A stretch of DNA of 63,952 nucleotides, counting the filler, from Gonapodya sp. JEL0774 (lineage: Eukaryota), in NCBI GenBank assembly GCA_027604505.1. It is 4 parts of 4 records of this genome, joined end to end, with 100 filler letters (N's around TTAATTAATTAA, not from the genome) between each part and the next. Parts side by side here need not be neighbours in the genome. Positions count along the whole stretch, not along the records: positions 32,227 to 48,180 come from JADIIX010000291.1; 3 more parts are not named here. One strand, written 5' to 3'. The translations under genes were made by a program, and so were the position numbers. Below, one piece after another: positions 33,404 to 48,180 of this stretch. Below the pieces are notes generated by a model. The model did not search any database and was not told the DNA's origin. It saw only the letters and a program-made list of their open reading frames with translations. Position 1 is the stretch's first letter; each line of letters begins with the position of its first letter.

Positions 33404-35690
33404 ATGACCCCCGAAATTTCGAAAAAGCGGCCTCGAGCGGACGCTCAATCTTCTACTGGCACTCAAGTTAAGACATCTCAGCGACCGCTGAATCCCCCTT
33501 TGGCGCAGAAGACCGCAACGATCGGAAAGGACAATACGGCGCACTTGGTGAAGAGGTTCAAGAAGAAACATCTTACGTTGGCTGCAGCTCTCGCGAATCC
33601 TTCCGCACGAGTGGAGGATGTCCCGTCCAAACTTCCGAATCCATCCGCGGCTCCCCCGAAAGCCCCATCGTCAGTTCCTCCACCTTTGTCCGTGAAGGTC
33701 GATGACCTGACGAGCTTGGTCGCCTCTGTCAAAGCAAAGGCTCTGAAATCAACTGATGAAGATTCGAAAGGAGAAAATGAAGGGGATAACGTTCTAATTG
33801 GAGCTGAGGGCGCTGAAGAAAGTGGAGATCAGGTTACATTCGAATCGCTGGTAAGTTTCCTCCTCCATCGCGATCTCAGGCTCAATTAAAATGAAGCACT
33901 TTCCACCGCGAACTCTGCTCAGGGAGTTATTCCACAAATATGCGAGTCCTGTACCCAGCTCGGGTACAAATCCCCCACACCCATTCAACGAGAAGCCATA
34001 CCTGTCGCTTTTGAAGGTGAGAACTTCCCAAGCGCCTTTTAGACTGCCAAGAGATCTGAAGGTTCTTGGAACCTTCAATTTGAAAGGCCGCGACATCATC
34101 GGTCTAGCTCAAACGGGGTCTGGAAAGACCGCCGCGTTCGGCATTCCCATTCTTCAAGCCCTTTGGAAGGACCCGAAACCCTTTTTTGCCGTCATTATGG
34201 CCCCTACACGGTATGCTGCTTGCTTGCCTGTGATATGCGCTTGCCTCGTCGAACGCTCATGACTATTACCACCAGTGAACTCGCCCTACAGATCTCATCC
34301 AACATCTCCGCCATTGGATCTGCTCTGGGCGTCAGGTGCGCGGCCTTGGTCGGTGGAATGGACATGATGGAACAAGCAATCGCGTTGTCGAGGAAACCGC
34401 ATGTGGTAGTGGCTACACCAGGAAGACTGATCGATCATTTGGAAAACACGAAGGGTTTCAGTCTGAGGAGTTTAAGGTTCTTGGTGAGTGTTGATTCGCT
34501 GGTGACTCGAAGTCTGGGTTCCTCCATGAACGCTCGTAATCACACCATGCACCTCCATGTCCAGGTCCTCGACGAAGCCGATCGGCTGCTCGATCTTGAC
34601 TTTGGTACCGAGATCGATAAAGTTCTTGCCGTGAGCCCCCGCGAGCGAACAACCTTTTTGTTCAGCGCGACAATGACAAGTAAAGTGGAGAAGCTTCAGA
34701 GGGCCAGTCTTAGGGATCCTGTGAGAGTCGAGGTTGCGGGAAAGTAAGTCGAAGGGCGTTAATTGGAACAAGACAAACTAACTCATGATGATTCTCTTTT
34801 TCTTTCCGTAATATCCATCAAAGATACTCCACCGTCTCCACTCTCCTCCAATACTACATGTTCATACCCTTTGCTCACAAAGAAACGTACCTTGCCCACG
34901 TCCTCAATTCCCACGCCGCCTTATCCACTATCGTTTTCTCTGCTACAGTCATCACTTGCCAACGTCTCTCCCACACGCTCCGCAACCTTGGGTTTCCTGT
35001 GGTTGCATTACACGGCGGCATGTCCCAGCATAAGCGGCTAGGCGCGCTGGCGAAGTTCAGATCGGGGGACAAAGGAGTATTAATCGCGACAGATGTGGCC
35101 AGTCGAGGACTGGATATTCCGAGTGTGGATTTGGTAGTAAATTATGACGTGCCGGGCACTGGGAAAGATTATGTGCATAGAGTGGGAAGAACAGCGCGTG
35201 CGGGCAAGGGAGGTGTGGCAGTGACATTTGTAACGCAGTGAGTTGTCAGCCTGATTTACTCAACTGTTGACATCAAAGCGCATATACCCATCTATGATTT
35301 TCAAGATACGACATTGAATGGTATCAACGGGTCGAAGCAGCCCTCCAAAAAAAGCTTCCTGAGTTTCCTCATGACAAGGAAGAGGTGATGGCCCTACACG
35401 AGCGAGTTGGCGAGGCTTTACGACATGCCAACATGGTAAGTGTTCTGTTGAATATCATTTCGCACTGATACTGACTTTGCGTGTTCGCATTTCACTCACA
35501 GCAATTGAAGGAAGAGATGGCTGCAGGGACACATAGACGGCGAGGTGGTGCACGGCCAGATGATGATGATGGCGAGGAAGGTGGGGCTCTGGTCAAGGGA
35601 ATGAAGAGTGGAAAAGGCAAGTTTGAAAGGAGAAGCAACAGTGGTGGAAGGGGAAAAGGTGGTGAGGGGAAGGGAAGAGGCAAGGGTTAG
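33404..35690 (+). CDS. RRP3: DEAD-box rRNA-processing helicase Rrp3/DDX47; multi-exon
   Basis: [83 protein letters not shown]. Confidence 0.92.
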
Positions 35691-35860
35691 TGATTTATGA
35701 ACGAGAATTAGTAGCGCAGCTGACGAAGGACTTTTGCATGCGCCAAAAGTGGAGGCTGCGCCCTTGAAGACCGATTATCTAGACGCGAAATCTATGTGTA
35801 TCCTTACATTTGTGAATGATAATCTACTGTGGTGGTGTATACGGCTGCTCTACCCTGGCC

Positions 35861-37718
35861 TCACGCAGCAGCCCTCTTGAACAGATAATGACCCACAAAC
35901 CACTCAGAACCACCGTTATACTTGAACAGTTCACTGCATGCCACGTAGAACACCCTCCACCTGTTCCACCATGCGGTGGCGTCTCCATCACCCCTTTCTT
36001 GGCTTTCCTTGTAAGCGGTTTCGAACACGGGCATGATGGTGTCATGGTGTGCATCCATGAGGCGGAGCCAAGATTCCAGAGTGAGAGAGTAGTGTCGACC
36101 GTCAACGGACCAGCGGTCAAGCAGGTGGAGGTGGGCGGGGAAGTGAAGGAAGAGGTCGAGGGAGGGCATGGTTCCCTACGGCAGACATCGGAGTAGACGA
36201 GTGTCATAAGTAGAGACGATCGAAAAACCTCTCGCCAGACAAAAGACATCTGAGCGTACCCCGGTGAAGAAGTATTTCGCCATCCAACTGTTATCCTCCC
36301 CTGCGTCGAAATGGTAAGGCCATTCACGGTGCACAAAGACGTGCACAAAGAGACGGCCGGTTTCTGTAAAAGCAAGTATCGTTAGCATCGGGTGCTCAAA
36401 GAACTCTTTGGTGATGCCAAAGCCCTGTGGCATCACTAAACCAATTAACATTGGGCTAAAATCGTGCTAGACAGCCCACCTGGTACAAGCCAACTTGACA
36501 CTTTCCGGAAGAGCTCCTCATAATTCTTCATGTGCTCAAACATCTCGACCGACACAATCCGATCGAACCTAAATTTTCGGTCGGGCCACACGTCTGATGT
36601 CGATCACGGAGCCTCAAACTTCTGTAGGGTCCACTCACGTCAAACCCCCAAGGTCTTCCAGCGTCACCAAATTCGCATCTCGAGTAACGACTTTCACGTT
36701 CTTGAAACCCCTTTGCACACACATGGATTCGATATGTTCGCGCTGGGTCGCGGAGTTGGAGAGGGCTGTGATGGAGGAGTTAGGGTAATGCTATTTTGTT
36801 GGTAGGTAAGTGTAAAGCAGTTGGGGTTTCCGTGGGAAGCCGCAAGAGAAATTCATTTGAGGACGGCGCACGACGCAAACCTCAGCAAGATAAAGACAAA
36901 GACTCCCCCATCCACATCCTAAGTCCAACATTCGCTGTCCATCCTTTAAGTCCGCCCTCTCTGAATAGCACGCTAGCATGCGCTCCTCGGCGTCATTGAG
37001 TGCACTGAGAACCGCTTTAGTGTCGGACGGAAGGACAAACTCAGGGGAAGGGTAAAGACACGACGAGTACTTGAGACGGCGGCCAAGTGAAGACAGAAAG
37101 TATGGAGTGGGAACCTAAATGGAACCCGGAGGAGACGAGAGCGTGTCATCGAATAATGAACGAACCTGCACGCCATTCCAGTCGAGGATGACGATTTCAG
37201 CACGAAGAGATCACACAACTCCAAGCATCCGCGCCAAAAAGAATTGACCATTTCCATGCTGAAATTAATTGCCTCCGGCCTTATTGAAAATAAACCCATT
37301 CTGAAGCGACATCCGGAGGCCAGCGCCATCATAGCAAGATTTGAAGAGCCAGCGCCTTATCATCTGGCCCCTTTGAAATTGCTTCCAAATAACAGCATTT
37401 CCCTCTCACTCCATGCTCTGCTTTCCCGAGGTTGATCGCCGGCTGACGGCCATCAATAATCCCCACCGTTAGAAAACGGATCGTACTGCAATTCACCTCG
37501 TAGTGCTGCTGGTTGGCTTCTTTCGTATTAATCGCGATCGATTCAGATTTTTTCAAAGAGTTTATGAATTCGCGTTTCGCGCCATCCAGCGTTTCAATGT
37601 CGGTTTCAGACCAGCCCCGCACACGGCCAGCAAGAAGATGCCTGATGCCCATTCGAAGCATCCAGTCTGGAAGCAGCCCTTTGTCGATTAGAGGCTCGGC
37701 GAGATCCGTTAATGGCAT
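35861..37718 (-). CDS. SAM-dependent methyltransferase of the cyclopropane-fatty-acyl-phospholipid synthase / coclaurine N-methyltransferase family; multi-exon
   Basis: IAINTKEANQQHYE; LDLGCGWGS; FDRIVSVEMFEHMKNY; SWMAKYFFT; WSVDGRHYSLTLESWL; WRVFYVACSELFKYNGGSEW. Confidence 0.9.
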
Positions 37719-38023
37719 GGCAATTTTGCGATGGTTTCAGTTTGGTGGGATACGACCCATGCAGACTAACCCGTGTTGGTCATTATTTGTAATATGTGTG
37801 CCTGCCTTACCCTGATCACGAACGGGGGCGTTTGAGTATCAAGAGCCAAAGTGGCGGCCTCGCTACTAAGAAATGACTTGGTTTTTGGACACGATTGGCG
37901 GATTTGTTTGCCTTGTTTGCCTTTCTCCACTGAACCTCCATCGTGATTCCAATATACAATATCCACTACACAGTCTCCTTCGGCAAATGGCCTCTAGCAC
38001 ACCTCGCGGGGCCAAATGATGCT

Positions 38024-40676
38024 CTAGAACTCAAAGTCTACGAATTGTTTTAGAGTAAAGAAAGTTTTCCTGTCATTTGAGGTTGGGTGCGTTCGTTCAA
38101 CAAAGAAATTCTCACCAGTCCTAAAAGCGTGCAAGTCAGTTCCGGGATGGCACATCTCAGATAAATCTCTGCGTTCCATCAGAACAAATGTCCTCCTAGT
38201 ACCAGCAAGGGCGAATGACCGTTGAGTTCACTGTGCTCACGTTTTGTACGTCATCATAGAACACCACTCACCTCAACGTATCCCACAAGTTTTGACTAAT
38301 ATTTCGCTGATGCGCAGTCGTGGCAGATCCATCGCCACCGACAACGTGCATGGAGAGTGCTCCCAAGAGGTGCTCTGCGGCCTCTTTGTAGACACCAATG
38401 TTGATACAGGAGACCTTTTGAGACAAGAACGAATCTGCAATCAGCCCCCGCTACCTATGAACGCCGAATAAAAACGACTAACCCCGAGATTGTATCGCCC
38501 CCTAACAAACGCAGGTTTGATCTCCAACGCTTTGTAGTACGCCTCGATCGCCTCCTCGCTCTTTCCCGAATTGGCAAGCGTTGCTCCCAATCTGTTCCAA
38601 AGGACGTAGTCTCCTGGCCTGGCACTGAGCGCACTCGAAAAGCAGTCCACAGCCTTGTCGTAATCCCCTGCATTGTAAAACAGGACACCAAGCCCAACCT
38701 GGACATCCGGGTCAACCTGCTGGCTTCGAGCAGCGGATTGGAGGAATAAGTTAGTAATGCGGTCATGGTAATCTTGTGGGGTAAGAGAGGTGGAAGCTTT
38801 GTCGGGAAGGGGGGTGGCGGCCACTATGTCGGGGTACCGAGTGGACAACCAGCGGTACAGGGTGGAATAGGCTTGCAAGTCATGACCTTCGTTGGTGTAA
38901 GAGACGGCGAGGGACTGTCATACACAAGGAGAGGTTTTACGTCACAATCGAGTCCATTCCCTTCCGCCAAGTCAAAATTAAAAATTTTCGTCCTAGATCC
39001 ACCCACCATCAACGCAGGCAAGTTTCCATTATCCTCTTTTACCGCCCTCTGTAATGCGGCGATCGCGGGATCCTCCTTTTCGTTCTCTGCCTGAACCTGC
39101 CCAAGCAACATCCACGCTCTCGCATCGTTGGGATCCTTCTGTGCTGCGGCCTCAAACGCCAGCGCCGCCGCTGAAAGCTGTCCTCCTTCATTCCAAAGGC
39201 GAAGTCCTTCGGCAAGGGGATCAGGGTGGTTCAGGTAAGGATTGTCGGGTTCGAACGTGTACGGTTGCAAGGGCGCAGTTACGGGGTCGGGGTCAAAGAG
39301 ACCGGTCATGTCGTTGTTTCCCGATCCACCAGGATAGTAATCGTCAAATTCTTCTTCCCACGCCTTGGGCTCGACCATGCCCGCGTCGCCGTGCTTTTGC
39401 CAAATCTCGTTGAATCGTTCCATGAACGCATCCTCGGATTCCCCAAAGTTGATACCTTCAGCCTGAGCGAATTCGGCCTCCCACGATTGTGGCTCTACTT
39501 CAACAGCCTTTCCCTTGCCCTTGTCCTCCACGGCGACATTCTCGGCCTGGGCGAACTGGGCCGCCCAGTCTTGTTCCGAGATTTCGGGGCCTTGGGACTG
39601 GGCACCGCCATGCTGGGCGAATATTTGGTCAAATTCACGGAAGTCTTGCGGCATGGGTTGGGCGGGTTGCTGACGGAGGAACTCTTGTTGCCAATCTGGA
39701 TTCGGCGGTAGTCGGAGTGGAAGCAGGTTCGGGGTGGCAGGTTTCAACCACTATAGCCAATCACGAACTTACCAGCAGGCGGTGCCCCAACAGGACCTCT
39801 GAAGTGCTCCTCAAAAGCCCTCATCATGTTGGGATCCTCCATCCTCCCCGGCACCGGACCAGCTTGAAACTCCCGAGCCCAATCATCCCCTCGAAATATT
39901 CCCATGCCCGGTCCTTGCCGTTCCATGACATTTTCAAGCTCGGAACGCATGTCGCCGAACTTGAACACTCCTGGTGGAGGGCGCTGGCCGATGAGTTGGG
40001 GTTGGTTGAAGAACTCCTCCACCATCTGTGTTAAAGAGATCGGTTTGAGCAGGTTAGAGAATCAATGTGGTTAAATGGAGTAAAGCGGGAAACTGGTGAA
40101 ATGTGACCCCGTTCCAGACGACAACTATGGTGTTCAACCGACTTGAGTCCATCCTCCTCCCGCTTCCCGCTACGAAGTGTCATAGTATCATCATTGATTC
40201 ACAGAGCAGCGTCCTTTCATAGACGAGTCGTTATACCGTCTGTTTTTCCGTCACGGGACACCGACACCATCGACTCCTTTCTTGCGTCATTTCCGAACAC
40301 ACCCGAACTCACGTCTTCTTTGAAGTCTCCCATGCGGCCAGGCCTGGCAGATGGGCCGGCATGTTGAGGACCCGAGAACCGGTCCTTGATGGATTCGAAA
40401 CGTCAGTCGGGAGATGGTTCCGAATGCGGAGGAAGGAAGGTTTCGGCATCACCATCACGAAGACAAACGAAAGCGGAGATAGGTTAGCGGAGCAAACGAA
40501 CAAACTAGCAAATATCAAAATGTCTTCTGCATTCGTAAAGAGCCTGTTCCGCCTTCGCCTTGTTCTCCGCTCACCTGTTGGGTGCTGCGATCCTCATTAA
40601 ATCTTTTCGTGAGTCCCATCAGCGGATTGACGGGTCCACAATCAGCGCCGCCTCCGACAAGGTTGTTTAGCGACAT
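38024..40676 (-). CDS. PEX5: Peroxisomal PTS1 receptor Pex5; multi-exon
   Basis: N-terminal conserved Cys (GADCGPVNPL); repeated WxxxF motifs (WAREF, WQQEF, WAAQF, WEAEF, WEEEF); TPRs (LWNRLGATLANSGKSEEAIEAY); ends DFEF. Confidence 0.95.
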
Positions 40677-43600
40677 GGCTTGGTGAAGGTGGGTTCCAGA
40701 ACGGTTGCAAGTACTTTCCGGTTCTGTGGGTGGGAGGAAGTTGTCGGATGTTATACAAAGGATACGGTGCACGCAACCTAAGAAGACATAACGAAATAAA
40801 CACTGCTTGAAGGCAGCTCAGACAATCTCTAAAAATTATTATATTTAGATATCATAGCTTAGCAGCAAGCCAGGGTACCACCAACAACCCCACCGGCCGT
40901 TTTCTCTGGCATAAAAGGAGCTACGACGGGCCACACGCTCCATCGAAAGCACTAGACTCTACGAGCTTATTGGTGACCACGGTTCCAACTTTCAACAAAT
41001 CCACAGTGAAAATGCTCCAGCTCCCCCATTCAGGACGTGGTCCTCCTCCACGCACACTCGCACCCCGTTCCCATACCGCTTCCGAAAGGTTGGGCTTGAG
41101 AGTCATAGATCTCGAAAGAAAGCAAAACTTCGCCCAGTTTGGACGAGATACTCGTTATGTCGTAGTCATGAAATGGCCCCTTCAAACCTACAAACAGAGC
41201 GGAGCTTTAGTGACCCAGCTCTCCAACGCATACAAAGCGAGCCACGAGCGTGTGACTGAGAGTCACTGCTATCGTCTCAGTCGATGACGAGGCTTGGAAA
41301 CTTGACCATCCTGTGCTTTGACGTTCTAAACGATATTTCTCCACATTGTGAAACTTGAAGTCGATACGTCACGACTCCACGAGACTCGTGCATACACAGA
41401 TTTCAATCCGTTTTCCACATGAAGGCACTGGGGTTCCTCGTTTCGTTATCGTTTCGAACTCGGAAAGTTCCGTCGTTAACAGCGGTAGGGGCTGAGAACA
41501 ACGGTCCACGATACGTGCGCGAGAGTGCAAAGGGCGCACAGGATGGTACACGTACTTGTGAAATCTCAATCAAAAGTCCTGGCTGTGTCTCCTGTGCAGT
41601 CCAGACGCGTCCTCCGTGGCCCTGCAAAATACTCGCCAAAAGTTGGCATGTCCCATGGCGGGCCGCCATCCGCGTGATATATCCTTCCTTACGTTACGTC
41701 CAATCTCTGTCCTATATGAGCGTATCTCGAACCAGATGCCGGTTCAGTCGACTTGGAACCAAGGAACCGAACGTTTCCCTAAGCTCGGGGTATCCGCACT
41801 AGTTCCTCGTTCCATGCGATATACGTTACCGATGATGATACCCAGTATCACACGGTATCGCACTTTGGGATAACGTTTGCCGACGCCGGGGGAGACCCGT
41901 GCTCAGCCGCATTGTTAGTGAGCACAGAGGTTTGGCACAGGCTCAACTCAAACTTCTCCGCCCCCCGGGATGGAATCCAGTCAAAGCAAATTGTCTCAAC
42001 GGTCCCGAAACGTTCGCGTGGGGTTGCGTTTGAAAAAATATGTCCACGGAACCCGCCCTGAAAATCACACAGACTCCAATCATTTTTTTGTTTTGACCGA
42101 CGAGTAATGTCTTTGCTCTGATGAGGCAGTCACGCATGTTCCAACATCAATGAAGTGGTTGAGTAGGGAAAGTCCAGTGTTTCAACGTACGGGGCAGCTC
42201 GTCTGTGCGTTGACGTCACTCGCCCAGTCCCCGGCCCCTTACACGCCGATCTGCTCCCTAAAACAGGAGACGCTCGCTCGCAAGTACATTTTCAATCGAA
42301 CGTGGTGCTCCGGGGGCGGATATCTCTGTGCTCCTGCGAGTAAAATCGACCTAGCCACACGTGTTCAAAGACAATTACAAGAGTTTCCTCGACGTCCAGT
42401 CAATGTAACAAGAGCTGAAGGGAAGAGCGAGAAGAGCAAAGTTCAACCAGTGTTCACTTCAACTGTTTCAGAACGCGAATGCTTGGGATCGTAGGATCGA
42501 TGATAGTCAACCATCCCATCCAATCAACTCATGCCAACGCTCATCTCCAACGATATCCCGGAGCAGGCTAACTCTACTCCAAGATATCAGTGAAGGCCGC
42601 ACCTGCGAGGGCTCGTACTCAGGACTTGGAGTGGATCAGTGTAGGTGACGTCCATTATGGAAATGCTGGCTGGCAACAGTGCACAGACTAGAAGTTCATA
42701 ATTATGTTTACTTCACACTCTACCAACAGATCATCACGATTACAGGATAGATATAGACTTTCTGGAAAAAAGGCAGTGGCTGGTAGGGGACATTGTCGCG
42801 TTCATTCTGAAATACTCAACTGGTTCGAGTAGTAAATACTGCAGTGGACGACATACAAGTGATGCGACACCGCCTGGTCATTGACAACTACGTGGGGGGA
42901 TTTTCGTGTGTATGAGAGTCGTGGGGATATGAAGCAAGAGAATGTGGATTAGTTCGAAGCTCAGAGCATGACCGACCGCATCGATTCAAACAAGTCCAGT
43001 CACAGCAAAATATGTCTCCCGCCGTCCGTCCCAACGGGAACTGTCTGTATGATGGAAGACGGTACCCTTTCTGGAACGCTCAGGTGGGAGCAGCTGCCCC
43101 CGAGAGGCGCGTATCGATGTTCTCCGGTTGCGGCCAAGACAGTGCCACTATGTATGATACATACGGGCACGCTCGAATTGTGCGGAGGTAGATGCGTTAT
43201 CGACAGGTGAACGTCCTGTTGTTTTCTCATTTCCATTCGAATATCCACTTCCCTCCACAGGAGGGGCAAGGGACGGGCTGCAGTCTCTGACGATAATGAA
43301 GTATGTAAACTCACTATGCCATTCAATTTTGCTAAGATAGTGGGACTCGAAAGGGCGGGATGGCGGGCCCAACTTGTGGTAGAGCGAGGGAACTTACGAT
43401 CCCGAACTGAGTGACGTGTGTCCGCTGATTGCACCTTGTTGCTGTGATGGTGGAGATGCGGCGAACAGACTATATGGAGACAATCATGGAATGTTGTTGA
43501 GCGTGAATGAAGAAACAAGTATGAGGCTTTGGTCCGTCCTTTGGTCCAAGCTCGATCCACCACGTATAAACCAAATGGCGCTACAGCATACTTCGCTCAA

Positions 43601-43770
43601 ATTCAGCGCTATAGCAACTGAATGTGCCATATCACTACTTATTTCCGAGTAAAAAAATTTAAAACGTTTGATAAAAGTACATGATCAAATTTCCTTTACT
43701 GTACTATGCGCATATATGACAAAAATTTGGAATCACATTTTCAGACTTGCACGCAAAACTCCCCTTCTCG

Positions 43771-44830
43771 TCAATACATTGTACCTTTTCTCGCCTTCTT
43801 GCACGTTCCACACCCGCAGTCCGTCGCACCAGGTCTCAAAGGTTTGAGGTGGAGCGATTTCATGTGCCGCGAAAGGTCGAACAGGCGCGTGAACCGCGTG
43901 CCACACATCTGTCCCCCGATGCGACAGGGTTGTGTGCATTGAAATGGTTGCCGCTCGACGGGGATGTACTTCAATTGCGATCCGGTGGAGGGGTTCATGA
44001 CAGGTTTGGTACGGCGATTGACGACGTTACGATGGGGTACCGTTCCCGACTGCATAGAAGATGTTGGATTTAGGGGTTGTGGCGTGACATTAATAATGAG
44101 ACTGGAAACCGGAGGAGGGTTGGGTATCGGCAAAGAACGCGTCGCTGGGATGGTGCTTGTTCGTGTGGATGTGGATGTGGCAACCACGAGAGTGGTACCG
44201 AAAGCATTGTTGGGATATTGCGCGACAAGCTCGGGAAACAACACTTCCGCTCGGGATTCCTGCCAGCCATCAGGGTCACTGTGAGCGGACGAGAGGCCGT
44301 CAGCAAATGAGTACGGACAATCATGTGAGCACAACCGACCGGTGATATCGGACTCTTGGTACACCCTGTCGTTCGATATCGACGCAAGGCATCGACACTC
44401 TGGAAATAGGAAGGGATCGATGACCCTCATCATGAAATCCAACCGTAAATGGACAACCCACCGAGTGTGCCGCAGACGGGGCATGGTGGGTGGATGTACG
44501 ATGACGGTCGTTCGGCTCCTGAAAACCAGGAAACAAACGAGAGTGTCAGGTGTCTGTCGTTATCAAGAGCGACTATCATGGCCAAAGGATGGCAACCCAC
44601 CGCTTCGCCCTTAAAAAGATGGTAGGGGATAGAGCTTGGTCGACAACAATGGTCGGCAAATAATCGAGAGAGCTATCAACACGGAGACTGCAATATGAAC
44701 AAAGGCCCTTGTTCCCCGACGCAAGCCATCGAAAGTGAACGACCACTCACTCGTTTGAGACTTCCGACCCCGAAAAGTCCCCCAACTCGTCGTCAACGTC
44801 GGAAATGTCGTCTCTATAGGTGTCTCGCAT
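43771..44830 (-). CDS. C2H2 zinc-finger protein; 5' exons uncertain
   Basis: RQPFQCTQPCRIGGQMCGTRFTRLFDLSRHMKSLH near the C-terminus, preceded by a Ser/Thr/Pro-rich region. Confidence 0.55.
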
Positions 44831-45914
44831 GAGGGTATCGACGGGTGATTCGGTCGGGCCGTACGAGCTCTTGGGGACAGTGTGGCCGAGAGACTCGGAC
44901 GAGGATCGAGTGGACGGGCGGGGTGAAGCGACCTGGAGAGGAGTGTGGTTGTGGCAAAGCATAAGTTCGTAGATCTATGTAAATGCTTGTGAATTATAAA
45001 ATCCTCGTGCTCACCCTGGACGACACGGGAACGTTCGAATCTGTTGCATCTGGCGAGGGAGGACGACGACCGATGCAACGGGCCCGCCGTGAGGCCGAGT
45101 TGTCGATCGCACGGGAAATACAAAACAAGCAAAGTACCAGTCTCTTCCAACATGGCAAGGTCCATGGACGGGGATCGCCCGTCGGCGCGCTCCGATATAC
45201 CCTCGAACCCTTCTCCACCGAGACGAGACGGCATTAGAGACCCATCACGGTACCAAAGCCCCACCGAAACGTCGAAAAAAACTTACCGGCTTTGTGTCCT
45301 GTCCCAGCGACCTGTCCTTGGCCCACGATGTCCCGCTCGGACGTTCCGTCAGTCTGTTACGCGTTTCCCATCGGAAAATGATTTAATGCCACCAGCCAGG
45401 CATCACCGACCGACCAGGTCCGCACACGCACCTGTACCGCCTCTGATTCATCCATCATGATTCGTTCCTGTCGAAACCCGTNNNNNNNNNNNNNNNNNNN
45501 NNNNNNNNNNNNNNNNNNNNNNNNNNNNNNNNNNNNNNNNNNNNNNNNNNNNNNNNNNNNNNNNNNNNNNNNNNNNNNCCGCGTGCTCCTGGAAACCCGA
45601 CAACCGCGCTCAGATGTTTTCTTTCGGCAGACGTAAGCCGCAGCGACCCTCACACCATATGGTTCGCCACCTCAATCCACCTAGCTTCTGTTCGAGGTTT
45701 GCAGATGCAGGATGCTCTCTTCGGTACCAGTTTGATTTGCAGTCCTCCCCGTTCTGCTTTGTCGGCGAGCCTGCAACAGGTGCCCCGTGCGGCGGCGCTG
45801 GAGGCAAGGACAAGAGTGTCGCAAATATTTGTGTTTCGGGCTCATTCGTGCATGTCAAAAATGTACCATTGAACAAAAGGAGCAGAAGATGGGTGGTATA
45901 TAAGCGAGTATGAT

Positions 45915-48180
45915 TCAGCGAGCCCTCCTTCTCTTCCCCAACACTGTGAATCCTCTATCGTCATGTTCATCACTGTCGGACCCCTCCTCTACGCCGGCCC
46001 CACGCTTGGCCGGAATCCTCGCCACATCTTGCACTGCTTCTTCATCACTTTCACCGAAGCCTCCCGTCGCCCCTGACTGGGGCTCCATGAACGTCGCTCC
46101 CACCGCTCTCCCGCTGGTTTGGAGTGTCGAGCTTGAACCGGCGGCGTTTGTTAGATCCGGTTTTCCACGACTGCCTGTCTTGTAGGCTTGTGCCATGCGA
46201 TCGATGTTTGCCTTACGGGCGTCATCGTGGACCACTATTGGAGCGGGATAGTCCTGACGGTAAGCGATTGATCCAAAGTTATTACACGAGGCATTTCACA
46301 ATCAGTGAATACGCCAAAGTACTTACGGTGCCGACAGTGCATCTAGCGAGTGACTGTACCGAAGCAGGTGCCGTCCACTAGATTGCATCACGTTTTTCGA
46401 GATTGTCCCTTGGATCCCAACAACAGATCAAACCCAGACTCACCGGTTCCCACACATACTTCTCAGGTAGACCCACAATCTCTTTGACGTATCGTTTCGC
46501 GTATATGCCTTTCTTGTCGTACTTTTTGGCGAACGAGACGGGATGGTAGACACGGAAGTACGCGGTGAAGAATGCCGACGAGCTGAGTGGGTCCACCCGA
46601 AGTTCTATTTGAGCATCTTGCAAATCATAAGACCAAGCATGCGCTTTTGTTCACCTCAACCAGAGCCAGTTTCCGACATTCAGGGCATGGTCCGCGTCGA
46701 GCAAGTACTCCTCGAAAACCTCTGCACCACGCTCCCAAGAAATGTATAGGTCTGCATTCGAAAAGATATGGAAGTGCACTCGACATAAACAATAGCATCG
46801 TGTCACGACGGTGCAGGTGCGCGTACCTCCCCTTGTCAGAAAACACGCAACCGCATGTCGTGCGAGATGGTGAATCCATCCTTCTAGTCGGAGCTGCCGC
46901 CTAAAGACATGAAAAATTCCAGCGGGAGCTTCATTGATGTGAACGAGTTCGATGGATCAAGACACGAACCCACATCACCCCGTCGATCCATGGGTAGCCT
47001 GTCCTGCCCATTTTCCATGCCTCGAAATCTTCCTTCGCCCTTCTCTCATCCTCCGTCATATCAGTGGGGGCAACTTTGCCCTCAACAATTTTCTTTCCCC
47101 TGTCCCCCGCCAACCTCCATGGAACTTGCAAGCACACCGGGTTCCCTTCCATTGTTGTCCAGTTCGGAGTTTTCGCACACACAGCATGGTAGAATTCGCG
47201 CCAGAGCAATTGACCCAGCAGGGACTCAGGAGGTTGCGTGTGGGATTTGTGGCGGCGGTAGATCTCGAGGATGCGGTGGTAGAAGGTGAAGGGCGAAAGG
47301 GTGCCAAACTTAAGGTAGGGCGACAAAATTGTTGTAGAGGCTGAAGGATGTATGGCGGTGGGAGACGTTGAAGGCTTTGCGAACTGAAATTTCGTCCGAA
47401 ACTGTTTAGTATTCTTGCTCCGCCGAGAGATTCCTTTCCACCGCCTCCCGTTGCTGACTGACCTTGGCAACATCTGTCTCCTTTCTCATCCATTGATCCA
47501 ATCTCTGAAGTGCTTCTGTCTCTCCACCTTTATGTGGACTCCGCTCCCCCTCTGGTGGGTCACTTAAACCGAGTTCTGCCAAGTTGGGCAGAGAAAAGTC
47601 TCCGGTTGGACCAGAGACGACTGTAGCAGATATGGCCGGGGGAAGGGTGGAAATTCCGGAGATCGGTGGGAGAGATGAAGGAGGAGGGTAGGGCTGACGA
47701 CGCTCGGGGAGCTTGGCAATAGCCTTTGATTAAGTTTTGTTCCATGAGAAGTTGGTCCGGGAACATCACAGGGAATCTGGAAATCAGAATCTCACATTCT
47801 GAAATCCTTTCATCGTAAGTGGCGGCTTCCCTCCTGCGACCTTGCATAATTCGTCGGGATCGTAAAGAGTGTGTCCTGTTAACCCTACGAACTCCACACC
47901 GGACAGTGATTGTTTCAGTTGGGCGTCCCTCCGAATGCTATAAGGATCTGTGAAGTCTTTTTCGTAGAATACATGGGAAACGTTCCAATGACGCACGAGC
48001 TCGGGCAGATAGGCGATTGGATTGCCACGGACGACAAGCAGGCGAGAACCTAGGACTACCGAACGAAAGTTAGGGGGTTATTGAATCCACAAATTGTGCT
48101 GCGTGGATTTCAGTTCACTCGGAGGACCAACCTTTGAATCGCTCATCCAGATCCGCCATCGATTCGAGTCTCCATTACGG
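45915..48180 (-). CDS. (6-4) photolyase / animal-type cryptochrome; multi-exon, with the N-terminus lost in the assembly gap
   Basis: [95 protein letters not shown]. Confidence 0.92.

Noticed and set aside
40900..43700. Several 60-190 aa ORFs between PEX5 and the C2H2 gene
   Set aside because: No recognisable motif or coherent exon chain was seen. Left unannotated.
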